A DNA stretch of 63,699 nucleotides, counting the filler, from Octopus bimaculoides (taxonomy: Eukaryota): assembly GCF_001194135.2 (NCBI RefSeq). It is 5 parts of 5 records of this genome, joined end to end, with 100 filler letters (N's around TTAATTAATTAA, not from the genome) between each part and the next. Parts side by side here need not be neighbours in the genome. Positions count along the whole stretch, not along the records: positions 16,579 to 39,057 come from NC_068989.1; 4 more parts are not named here. One strand, written 5' to 3'. The translations under genes and the position numbers were made by a program. Below the pieces are notes generated by a model, which had not been told where the DNA came from, searched no databases, and worked only from the letters and a program-made list of their open reading frames with translations. This document shows positions 26,429 to 37,479 of the stretch, piece after piece; position 1 is the stretch's first letter, and every line of letters starts with the position of its first letter.

Positions 26429-27380
26429 TGTATGTATGTATGTACGTACGTACATATCTATCTCTCTNNNNNNNNNNNNNNNNNNNNNNNNNNNNNNNNN
26501 NNNNNNNNNNNNNNNNNNNNNNNNNNNNNNNNNNNNNNNNNNNNNNNNNNNNNNNNNNNNNNNNNNNNNNNNNNNNNNNNNNNNNNNNNNNNNNNNNNNN
26601 NNNNNNNNNNNNNNNNNNNNNNNNNNNNNNNNNNNNNNNNNNNNNNNNNNNNNNNNNNNNNNNNNNNNNNNNNNNNNNNNNNNNNNNNNNNNNNNNNNNN
26701 NNNNNNNNNNNNNNNNNNNNNNNNNNNNNNNNNNNNNNNNNNNNNNNNNNNNNNNNNNNNNNNNNNNNNNNNNNNNNNNNNNNNNNNNNNNNNNNNNNNN
26801 NNNNNNNNNNNNNNNNNNNNNNNNNNNNNNNNNNNNNNNNNNNNNNNNNNNNNNNNNNNNNNNNNNNNNNNNNNNNNNNNNNNNNNNNNNNNNNNNNNNN
26901 NNNNNNNNNNNNNNNNNNNNNNNNNNNNNNNNNNNNNNNNNNNNNNNNNNNNNNNNNNNNNNNNNNNNNNNNNNNNNNNNNNNNNNNNNNNNNNNNNNNN
27001 NNNNNNNNNNNNNNNNNNNNNNNNNNNNNNNNNNNNNNNNNNNNNNNNNNNNNNNNNNNNNNNNNNNNNNNNNNNNNNNNNNNNNNNNNNNNNNNNNNNN
27101 NNNNNNNNNNNNNNNNNNNNNNNNNNNNNAGAGGGAGAGAAATGAAGGAGAGGTAGAGAAGTAGACGAAAAATGAGAAAAAAAAAAAAAAGAGTAACCGT
27201 AAAATGAAAAGTAGATATGTCAGTGAACAGCTGTAATTTCTGCCCTGGGCAGTTGGCCTTGATGTAAAAGATAGATAGATAAATAAATAAATAACAAAGA
27301 CAGACAGACAGACAGAAAAAAGAGGTCGACCAGAAGTTCATACCGTAAGCCATACACTGACTTTTTGTTTTTTGCAACAG

Positions 27381-27392
27381 TGGAAACTCTTT
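27381..27392 (+). CDS. Candidate 12-nt microexon (TGGAAACTCTTT; V-E-T-L if phase 1)
   Basis: cactgac branch-like site, T tract, TGC, caacag| acceptor and |GTAAGG donor; frame-preserving length. Confidence 0.3.
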
Positions 27393-27880
27393 GTAAGGAA
27401 ACTTTCTTTTTACCGGAATGTTCAGTATATACTGCCGTGTTTCTGTATGTTTGAAATTCTCCGAAGATTATATATCAAAACCACATGGTTGACTATTGGA
27501 TATATAACGATAATTTACGAAACTTATTCCACTCATTCATTTCTATATGGAAGATGAGTTTTAAAGAAAAATAATTTTTGTCAGTGAACAGGTCGCGGTC
27601 TCAAAGTGACGAAAATATTTTGGCAAATTAAATTTAAATGTTGAAATGTGTTTTTAAATGGCTTTCGTGTGATTTTAAATGGCTTAATAAACACCTTCCA
27701 CGATGCAATTGTTTTTGTTTCAGCGCACGATCTCAGATCAGGTCACTTGCTATGCAAGTACATCTCCGTAAAATTTCTTTTTGTTTTTTTTCGTATATAT
27801 ATATGGTGGGGTGTGTTTGGGTGTGTGGGGGGTGTATACTATATATCACTGTGTGTGTGTGTGTGTGTATACATATATAC

Positions 27881-28262
27881 GGCTGTGTGGTAAGTAGCTT
27901 GTCCACATGGTCCTGGATTCAGTCCCACTGCGTGGCACATTGAGTAAGTGTCTTCTACTATAGCCTGGGGCTGACCAAAGCCTTGTGAGTGGATTTGGCA
28001 GACGGAAACTGAAAGAAGCTCGTCGTATATGTATTGATATCTATATGTATATGTTTGAGTGCCTGTGTTTGTCCCCGCCCACCATCGCTTGAGAAGCGAT
28101 ATTCGTTTGTTTACATCTCCGTAACTTAGCAGTTCGGCAAAAGAGACTGATAAAACCAGCACTAGGCTTACAGACAATAAGTCCTGGGGTCGATTTGTTC
28201 GACTAAAGGTGGTGCTCCAGCATGGCCGCAGTCAAATGACAAACAAATAAAAGAATAAAATA
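27881..28262 (+). mobile_element. SINE family B, near full length
   Basis: Same head, body and 3' domain. Confidence 0.88.
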
Positions 28263-28320
28263 ATATATACATATATATATATATATATATACATATGTAT
28301 ATATACATATATATATATAT

Positions 28321-28368
<48 letters not shown>

Positions 28369-29041
28369 GTGTGTGTGTGTCTGTGTATAGGTGTGTGTGC
28401 GTGTGCGCGTATATGTGCGCCGGCAGTTGAAATGTATACCAGGAGAGTGTTCGTATCAGCTTGTGTTGAGTGTGCGCAGGACATTGAACAATCAAACCTC
28501 ACGCAACTTATATTGCCGTTCATAAATATGTAGATGAATTTGTGAATTATCGAATATAATTTTGATAAATATACCATGCGAGAAGAGATAAGAAGTTAAT
28601 AAGCTTCATTCAGCTATTCATAAACACTGCTTCATCAAAGACGAGTAATCCCCTTGTTAGCTTTATATGCGTCTTAATAATGTTTTGATTTGATAGTGTC
28701 CCTCCAGTGGAAGCACTTCAGCTTGATCGTCAGTTCGTTGACACGTGACTGTGTCTATGTGTGTATGTGTGCTTTGTATGTTTATATAAATGATGCATGC
28801 GTGCGTGCATGTGTGCGTATCTGCGCGCACACACGCACACACGACACGCACACATACATATCTACGCGCTGCCCACACACGTATTCACATCGTTATCAAT
28901 ATCACTGTAATATATATATATATATATATATATACCGGAGTAAGCACATGAAATGTGCAACAAGGTGGAAAAAAGAGTACTCAAATACCAGAGGTAGAGT
29001 AATATGCTTTATTTAAAAGCAGCAGAAATATAACAAAAAAA

Positions 29042-29081
29042 ACCGTTACTCTGAGTTTCACGTTCCCGTTCATCGAACAGT
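29042..29081 (-). ncRNA. Minimal type I hammerhead motif, partner copy (core UCGAUGA)
   Basis: Reverse complement reads ACUGU-UCGAUGA-ACGGGAACGU-GAAACUCAGAGUA-ACGGU; stem I is kept with one G-U pair. Confidence 0.6.
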
Positions 29082-29097
29082 TTTTTTTTCTAACAAA

Positions 29098-29137
29098 ACT
29101 GTCCGATGAACGGGAACGTGAAACTCAGAGTAACAGT
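29098..29137 (+). ncRNA. Minimal type I hammerhead ribozyme motif, U4C core variant
   Basis: ACUGU-CCGAUGA-ACG(GGAA)CGU-GAAAC-UC(A)GA-GUA-ACAGU: stem I 5 bp, stem II 3 bp, near-palindromic stem III, GUA cleavage triplet. Confidence 0.7.
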
Positions 29138-29416
29138 CTTTTGTTATATTTCTGCTGCTTTTAAATAAAGTATANNNNNNNNNNNNNNNNNNNNNNNNNN
29201 NNNNNNNNNNNNNNNNNNNNNNNNNNNNNNNNNNNNNNNNNNNNNNNNNNNNNNNNNNNNNNNNNNNNNNNNNNNNNNNNNNNNNNNNNNNNTATATATA
29301 TATATATATATATGTTTATATATCTATATATAAATACACACACGCATATATATATACATACATATATATCATAATAATAATAATAATAGATGTCTGATTT
29401 ACTTTTGAGATATTGG

Positions 29417-29449
<33 letters not shown>

Positions 29450-29631
29450 TGTCGATAACACTTAAAAGGTGCTTCTTTTTCACTCCTGGAGCTTTAGTCA
29501 AGATGAACTGATGTCATCAGAAAGTATCCAACATGCACATAGACGGACAGGCATATATACATATATGCACAAACACGCATGCATACATACATGTACGAGG
29601 TGTGTATGACCCTTCAAAGCCTTTGAACCTT

Positions 29632-29704
29632 GAAGTCTTGTACCTTCATTAGAAGTCTTGTACCTTCATTAGAAGTCTTGTACCTTCATTAGAAGTCTTG
29701 TACC
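29632..29704. repeat. Perfect 20-bp minisatellite (GAAGTCTTGTACCTTCATTA) x3.6
   Basis: Identical head-to-tail units with no spacers. Confidence 0.95.
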
Positions 29705-29959
29705 ATGTTTTGTTTTGTTGAGGCTCAAGACTTTTCATACACCCCTCATACATACATACATACATACATACATACACACACATATACATATATATATATA
29801 AACACACACACATATGATAATAATAAAGGTGACTTATTCGTAAAAGGCAGAACTATATACGTCACTAAACAACTCCTAGCAACGAGAATAGGAGTTGTTT
29901 GACTCTTATTTCTAGCAATGCTGTTGCTAACCAGCACCCTTAGTCAACTTAGTGACGTA

Positions 29960-30046
<87 letters not shown>

Positions 30047-31168
30047 ATATCTATATATATATATATATATATAAAATAACGAAGGCGAACTTTTTTGAAC
30101 AATGAAAAAAAAAACAAACAGAGAACCGAGACATGCACCATAAAGAACATTCTCTTCATCAGTTGTCCCTGTTTCATCTACTCCGCGTTTCGAACACCCC
30201 ATCAGAAGGAACGCTACCTTATCACGGTTGAACTGCTTGCGTGTTTCTGATTCAGAGGGCAATGCTGGTGAGAGATTAGGCTCTTGACAGGATCACTAAT
30301 ACCAGACTGACCGAAGAGTAGGATCCAGATGAAGGATCCATCTTTCCTCGAGCCTAACGGGGTGGACTTGAGGCTATCAATCGGAAACCGCAATTTTTAC
30401 GGAAACTACAATTATTCTAACTATTTTGCGACCCAGTACTCCTTACGGAATAATGTGAACTAACTAACTATATATACGCACACGAATATATTTCAGGCAC
30501 TCAATGTAAGATACAAATTTCTGTGTAATCATGTTAAATTGTAAACTTCATCGCTTAACTGTTATTTTGGCTTTTAACCTTGGCTGACTGTATGTACAAC
30601 AAAATATAGATCGCAAGCCATAATACAGGGTATTCGAGCTAAATTCGATAGTTTTTATGCTCCCTTTTTTCCCCAGAAACAGCTGATATATTGATGAACA
30701 GCCAACGGCGTTTGAGAGATTAATGGGACATTATATTTTCCTTTTCCTTTCATGCACATCGCCAAATTTAGCCGGAACACCTTGTAGAATGCACGAAATA
30801 AAATTACGTAGGAAAACATTAACTGTCAACGTTACAGTTTTATATACAAAAATGAAGAGAATGACGAATGACACGCAAAATAAATCATAAAATCTGGTAG
30901 GACTTCACTGTTTTATAATTTTAAAATCTATCGTGGACGAATGTATTAGTGATAACTATATCCCCATGACATTTTGCGACCTGCTGTGATTTTGTTATTG
31001 CCAGCATTCTGATGAAGAGGCTGAGAAAGTCTTAAAACATCAATGGACTAATGGATTTAGGAATGTTTCTGCTTTAAACTAAATATAAAGGGTTAACAAA
31101 GGAAATATAAAAATCCTTAATAAAAAGCATCAAACTCGAGCAACCTCGGGTTATTAATATAGCGTGCG

Positions 31169-31212
<44 letters not shown>

Positions 31213-31974
31213 TAGACAGAAATTTTTCTAGTGTAAACTAACGACAGTTTATATGTAGATATGTATAATATGTATATGTATATTTTTTTTTCTTTTATCT
31301 TTTTAGTTTCAGTCATTTGACTGCAGTCATGCTGGAGCACCGCCTTTAGTCGAGCAAATCAACCCCAGGACTTATTCTTTGTAACCCTAGTACTTATTCT
31401 ATTTTTGCCGAGNNNNNNNNNNNNNNNNNNNNNNNNNNNNNNNNNNNNNNNNNNNNNNNNNNNNNNNNNNNNNNNNNNNNNNNNNNNNNNNNNNNNNNNN
31501 NNNNNNNNNNNNNNNNNNNNNNNNNNNNNNNNNNNNNNNNNNNNNNNNNNNNNNNNNNNNNNNNNNNNNNNNNNNNNNNNNNNNNNNNNNNNNNNNNNNN
31601 NNNNNNNNNNNNNNNNNNNNNNNNNNNNNNNNNNNNNNNNNNNNNNNNNNNNNNNNNNNNNNNNNNNNNNNNNNNNNNNNNNNNNNNNNNNNNNNNNNNN
31701 NNNNNNNNNNNNNNNNNNNNNNNNNNNNNNNNNNNNNNNNNNNNNNNNNNNNNNNNNNNNNNNNNNNNNNNNNNNNNNNNNNNNNNACCGATGCTGGTGT
31801 GTTTACGTCCCCGTAACTTAGCGGTTTTGCGCGAAAGAGACCGATAGAATAAGTACTAGGCTTACAAAGAATAAGTCCTGGGGTCGATTTGCTCGACTAA
31901 AGGTGGTACTCCAGCATGGCCACAGTCAAATGAAACAAATAAAAGAATAAAAGAATATATATATATATACACTA

Positions 31975-32280
31975 CAACCACCGGCACTCCATCAATTACG
32001 ACGACGAAGGATCCTGTTGATTCGATCAACGGAGTAGACTGCTTGTGAAATTAATGTGCAATTGGCTGATGACTCCACAGACACGTGTACTCTTCTCAGG
32101 GATATTCAGTATAATACAGAATGTGACAAGGCTAGCCCTTTGAAATACAGGTACTAGTCATTTTTGCCAACTAGGTGGACTGGAAGAACGTGAAATAAAG
32201 TGTCTTGCTCAAGGACACATCACGCCGTCGGGAATTAAACTCATGACCTTGCGACTGCGAGCCGAATACTCTAACCACTG
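31975..32280 (-). mobile_element. tRNA-derived SINE family C
   Basis: Reverse-complement head CAGTGGTTAGAGTATTCGGCTCGCAGTCGCAAGGTCATGAGTTTAATTCCC, then TGTGTCCTTGAGCAAGACACT. Confidence 0.7.
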
Positions 32281-32599
32281 GCTTCCACACAATTTGCTTC
32301 TACTAAATTCTTTCACAAGTCATTGATTGGCCCGGGTCATGATAGAAGACATTTCTCCAAGTTGCAATACCGTGGGTCTAAACATCTAAACATGTAATCT
32401 CGTGGTTACGAAGCGAACTTGTTAACCATACGACCAGTCCACGCACATTAATGTAACCTTTTTGCTTATTCAAATACGCATAGAGCACAAAGCACACATC
32501 GAACATTTGGTTTCAAACTCTGAAAGTCTTTGTTAGCGTTATCAAAATATCTATTCTGCTATTTATAATTTCTTCCTATTACCTTTCAAATCTGAATGT

Positions 32600-33300
32600 G
32601 AATGTACTGTAAATAAAGCATTCTTGTAAAGTACATCAAGTAATACAGTAACCTTTTAAGACTACAATTGATGTATTAACATTAACTAATTAAATTAGGA
32701 AAGTTCTTTAATTTCGTTGTATTCTTATCGACTACATAATACAAGATTGTATTATTCTATTGAAATTCATACTTCATTTAGCTTCACGTTTAATCAAGGC
32801 GTAATCCTAGATCTGATTCTTTCTGAATGCCACCCACCTAAATTCCATATACTTAATACAATAAGTTAATTTCGTAATTCTTACCTTTATTTATGTTCTA
32901 AGTACAAAGGCAAAAACTTAATTCTTCTTCTGTAGACACTTCTAATTACAACTTAATAAAATATTGTAATCTAGAGATTAAATCAAAATTCTAGTAAGCT
33001 CAAATCACATCCTCACTATATATAAAAATCTAGATACTTTTGAAATTTATTGTAATTATAAAATTCAGTAGTAATATTTATACAACAATGAAGAAAGCTG
33101 CTAATTAATTAGTTGGGAGTATGTAACTTTTACAAAAGGAAAGTAATTATTAAAGTCTACACTAACTAGAAAATTCTCAAAAATTCAAATTTTAATATTT
33201 TTTTAATCGAACTGTAGTTTCCAAAATTCTTTTGTTATTGAGACTTCAACCACAAAAAACTACACCTAATTCACTGTGAGATAGCGTTTTTTTTAACACA
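32600..33300 (+). mobile_element. Highly degraded CR1/L2-like RT relic
   Basis: Remnants resembling KAFDKV (32615) and QGVILDLILF (32797); many stops. Confidence 0.3.
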
Positions 33301-33757
33301 TCAAGGTAGTTAGGGTCCCCTTTATATCTTTTCTGTTCTGTTTCTATCCGTAGTAACTACTGAGTTTTCCATAAAATAGTATTACATTGCTCTTTCCTTC
33401 TTCATGTACTCTTTCTCCTGCATTCATGTATGAAGCTCACTTGGTCATGCGTCCCTCACCATTTGAACCTAGTATTTTTTAACTTAAAGAATCTAAAATT
33501 CTACTATCCCTCATTTATGTTTCTGCTTTCAGCTATTTACTTGAAAACTGTCTGTGCCCGAAATGCTGCATTTTCCTCTCCTTAAAGCAAGTTAATTGTA
33601 CCACTTTTTTAATCAATTTCAGTAGCATGTACATGAGGGAATGTCTTCCACTAATAGAAAATAAGTCAATGCCGAATACGGAGTAGTGTTTATATAAGTG
33701 GATTTATTCATAATCTTAAAGTATGACCATGATTAAATCAACAAAGCAAGGAGTCGC

Positions 33758-34205
33758 TATATATTCTTTTATTCTTTTATTTGTTTCATTTGACTGTGGC
33801 CATGCTGGAGTACCACCTTTAGTCGAGCAAATCGACCCCAGGACTTATTCTTTGTAAGCCTAGTACTTATTCTATCGGTCTCTTTCGCGCAAAACCGCTA
33901 AGTTACGGGGACGTAAACACACCAGCATCGGTTGTCAATCGATGGTGGGGGGACAAACAAACGCATACAAGCCTATACAGACACATACGCACAGACAGAC
34001 AGACACATACACACAGACAGACACGCACAGACAGACAGACAGACACACACACACACACACATATGTGACGGGCTTCTTTCAGTTTCCGTCTACCAAATCC
34101 ACTCACAAGGCTTTGGTCAGCCCGAGGCTATAGCAAAAGACACTTGCCCAAGGTGCCTCGCCGTGGGACCGAACCTGGAACCATGTGGTTGGTAAGCAAG
34201 CTACT
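33758..34205 (-). mobile_element. Full-length tRNA-derived SINE family B with an internal microsatellite
   Basis: Head ...AACCACATGGTTCCAGGTTCGGTCCCAC, body GGATTTGGTAGACGGAAACTGAAAGAAGCCCG, 3' domain GTCCCCGTAACTTAGCGG...CCAGCATGGCCACAGTCAAATG. Confidence 0.9.
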
Positions 34206-34605
34206 TCAGAGAAGAATATATATGTGTGAGTACGTATGCAAATCTATACACCCCAACACCCACCCAACCCACACACATGCTGAGACACGAGACACGAATC
34301 AGTGAGTTGATGAGCTGTAATAGATCGTTGATCCCAGAAAAGGTGCTACGTTTTTCGATCCAATCAATGACCTGTTCTTCATATCATTAGCTTCACATTA
34401 AAGCTTATAATGCATTGCTTAATGTTTGTTTTATTGACTTGGTTTGAATGATATTTTACAGCAATAAAATAAAATACTTCATCGATCTAAAACTCGCAAA
34501 ACACTGAAGAAAAGTCGTTCAACTAATATTCATTATTCTGGATTTCTAAAATAAATAGAACGTAAGAAATTTGCGTGAATAATTGTTGTAATATTTTAGA
34601 ATTGT

Positions 34606-34808
34606 AAGGTGGCGAGCTGGCAGAAACGTTAGCACGCCGGGCTATTTCGTCTGTCTTTACGTTCTGAGTTCAAATTCCGCCGAGGTCGACTTTACCTTTC
34701 ATCCTTTCGGAGTCGATAAATTAAGTACCAATTGCGTACTGGGGTCGATCTAATCGACTGGACCCCTCCCCCAAAATTTCGGGCCTTGTGCCTAGAGTAG
34801 AAAAGAAT
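34606..34808 (+). mobile_element. SINE family A with internal deletion
   Basis: Matches 21998 and 34855; alternative 3' end GGGCCTTGTGCCTAGAGTAGAAAAG. Confidence 0.85.
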
Positions 34809-34854
34809 ATTTTACAGTTGTGGTACCCATATTTGGTACACTTGAACCAGCAAA

Positions 34855-35086
34855 AGGCGGCGAGCTGGCAGAAACGTTAGCACGCCGGGCGAAATGCTTA
34901 GCGGTATTTCGTCTGCCGCTACGTTCTGAATTCAAATTCCGCCGAGGTCGACTTTGCTTTTCATCCTTTCGGGGTCGATTAAATAAGTACCAGTTACGCA
35001 CTGGGGTCGATATAATCGACTTACTCTCTTTGTCTGTCCTTGTTTGTCCCCTCTGTGTATAGCCCCTTGTGGGTAGTAAAGAAATA
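34855..35086 (+). mobile_element. Full-length SINE, family A
   Basis: 17-bp TSD ACACTTGAACCAGCAAA (34838-34854, 35087-35103). Confidence 0.92.
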
Positions 35087-35294
35087 ACACTTGAACCAGC
35101 AAAGTAGTTGCAAAGCACATACGTGTACCGTTATGTTTACATGTCTATATATACATGCATACATTANNNNNNNNNNNNNNNNNNNNNNNNNNNNNNNNNN
35201 NNNNNNNNNNNNNNNNNNNNNNNNNNNNNNNNNNNNNNNNNNNNNNNNNNNNNNNNNNNNNNNNNNNNNNNACGTGACAATTAGTTGGTTGTCA

Positions 35295-35356
35295 TAATAA
35301 AACTCAGAGTTTCGGATGCCGGGGCTGAAATGTGCTCCGGCATCTCATCAGTTATT
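35295..35356 (-). ncRNA. Type I hammerhead motif, partner copy on the minus strand
   Basis: Reverse complement has AAUAA-CUGAUGA, a perfect 8-bp stem II GAUGCCGG/CCGGCAUC, and GAAACUCUGAGUU-UUAUU. Confidence 0.75.
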
Positions 35357-35371
35357 GTGACAAGTTTGTCT

Positions 35372-35434
35372 TAATAACTGATGAGATACCGGAGCAGACT
35401 TCAGCCCCGGCATCCGAAACTCTGAGTTTTATTA
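35372..35434 (+). ncRNA. Type I hammerhead ribozyme motif with canonical CUGAUGA core
   Basis: UAAUAA-CUGAUGA-GAUACCGG...CCGGCAUC-C-GAAAC-UC(U)GA-GUU-UUAUUA: stem I 6 bp, long stem II, near-palindromic stem III, GUU triplet. Confidence 0.75.
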
Positions 35435-35544
35435 TGACAACCAACTAATTGTCACGTATCATATTTATAGATAAATTCCTCTATTTTACATAATATCGAA
35501 GTCTCATTCATTCTTTTGTTGTCATATTATTAGATATATATATA

Positions 35545-35870
35545 TAGGGAGAATTCACAAAAAAACCCCAAAAGACGAAGACAGGTGATGTAGACAGAAG
35601 TGAAAACGTCTTTAACGTTTCGAGCCTACGCTCTTCCACAGGAAGGAACACAGAAAGAAACAAGGAGAGAAAAAGGAATGTGTAGTGGCTAGCGATCTAT
35701 CATGGCGAATGGGTAGAATGGTTGTAGCAGAGTAGAGAATGGAGTGGAAATGGAGGCGGAAACCTTTAGGGAAGAGGCTGTGATGAAAGCAGCGACTAAG
35801 AAACGAAATGTGACTAGGGAAACGAGTTTTTTGAAAATGAGTAGGGAAAGGTTAATAAAAGGCTGAAAGC
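35545..35870 (-). mobile_element. Penelope-like terminal repeat, same family as 10571
   Basis: Near-identical TAGGGAGAATTCA...GACGAAGACAGGTG...TCTTTAACGTTTCGAGCCTACGCTCTTCCACAG...GGCTAGCGATCTATCATGGCG. Confidence 0.75.
35609..35646 (-). ncRNA. Minimal hammerhead-like motif, A6U variant with weakened stem I
   Basis: Same core and stem II as 10660-10697; the 5' strand of stem I is CCUUC. Confidence 0.45.
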
Positions 35871-35883
35871 AGCGATATATATA

Positions 35884-36300
35884 TACGAGGGTCGGTTGAA
35901 AAGTTCATAGATTGACCAAGATGCTCTCATGAAATGATGTGACCAAATGAGTTTTATCTTTCAACATGGCAATCCCGCCCCTTGCAGTTCACACACTTCT
36001 CTTCCATTGGTGTTGCACTACTTAGATCCTCTTGGTGAAGAAGCTTCCATCCCGTTGGGGGGAACAGATGATAGTCAGATGGAACCAAGTCAGGAGAAAA
36101 GGGACGGTGATCAACCAGTTCAATGCCACAGTCACGAACAGTGGCCAATGAAACCAAGGGTTTGTGTGCTGGAGATTCAGATTTAATCTGGGATGTAATA
36201 GATTTTCCAAACAGTTTGACAAATAATGCACCATGTAGTAAGAAGTGCGTAAGTAGGTAAATCTCTGACCGCTCGTTTTCGTATTTCATTTGTACGATTC
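35884..36300 (-). mobile_element. Mariner transposase 3' fragment with TIR
   Basis: TA-CGAGGGTCGGTTGAAAAGTTC TIR; CGIELVDHRPFSPDLVPSDYHLFP matches the mariner HPPYSPDLAPSDYHLF motif. Confidence 0.85.
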
Positions 36301-37479
36301 TTTATGTGAACTCATGTGAAAACATTTTGTTGTATCTTTGGCGATGGTGGTGACTATGCCAACGATAAGCACAGTCTGGTACTATTTCACTTCTTTATTT
36401 TTACTTGTAAATCGTTCAAACATTTAACAAATAAATTAATCGCTTCTTTGTTTAATCGCTCGGTTAATCAATCATCCAGGTTTGTCGAAGTCCTTATCGT
36501 TGCCATTCACCAACTTCTCAATGACAAGCGCTCTCTACTCTACGTCTGCTTCATGTGCTGCTTATAGCTGCTGGAAGTTTATGCAAGACATTATTCGTTG
36601 CCAGTATAACAACAGAACTGTTTCGTTTTGGATTTGTGAATTGTAAGGTTTTGGTTTGCATCAGTTATAATAGCAAAACTAACAAAACTCAGTCTTTTTG
36701 GCAAGGTTAAACAACCAGAAAATTTAAGCTGGATGGCATGAAGTGAAGTAAGAAAACATGCGTTAAATACGGGTATTCAGATTTTGATTGGCATTAATCA
36801 GACAATACGACAGATACAAATGAACGTGAAAGAGGTAAAAGTGTCATTGTCAGAAAAAAATCGGACAAAACGACGGATATAATGAACATGAAGGATGTAA
36901 AGATTTTCTCTGCTGTGAGACAGTTTTGTGTCGATCAGAGATACGAATGGGTAGGAAGAGTAAATGGTATATATACTGAAATCAGTTAATGATGACGCCA
37001 GAGAGAAGTGAGATATGCAAAATGTATTCAATGACAGGTGTGACATTGTCAAACAATAGTATGGTAATTGTATAGTGGACAATAGAATTGATGAATATAA
37101 ACGAATAGGATAGAAATAATTAAAGCTGAGTACCTGTTAGATTTTATTGCTGATAATGAAAGTGGAGAGAAATGAATATTGAAGAGGTATGGACTGCCGA
37201 AGTAAACAAAAGATCGCGAAATTCTGGAAAGTTAAAAAAGGAGAGACAGAAAGAATGGGAAATTTATGTCTCCAAAAGAATTATGCCGCGTGCATCGAAT
37301 CTGTTGTGGGCTGTGATGGGCACAGAGTTGTATGCAATTGGGAGAATTGCTCCGAAATCTCTTTTCTGGGCAATTATAAAAATTATATATACTGTGTTTA
37401 ATATCAATATATTATATATATAGTGTCCCACTTTAAAATATCTTTGTTAAATTACTACCTGACATTGACGGCCACCTCA

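Larger units (their letters stand above)
28933..29174. mobile_element. Penelope-like inverted terminal repeat pair, second family
   Basis: Arms of about 80 bp at 29003-29085 and 29094-29174, each carrying a hammerhead motif; the right arm is cut by a gap. Confidence 0.6.
35272..35530. mobile_element. Penelope-like inverted terminal repeat pair, third family
   Basis: Arms of about 85 bp at 35272-35356 and 35373-35457 with a few mismatches and a 16-nt spacer; each arm carries a hammerhead motif. Confidence 0.6.

Noticed and set aside
29632-29704. Possible CRISPR array
   Set aside because: The repeats are head-to-tail with no spacers, there are no cas genes, and the context is eukaryotic.
30185-30215. 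CUGAUGG-GGUGUUC-GAAACGC as a further hammerhead
   Set aside because: A9 is lost, there is no NUH triplet, and stem I does not pair.
33526-33580. Strong acceptor tttctgctttcag| as an extra exon
   Set aside because: The phase-1 frame stops after 17 codons and there is no good donor.
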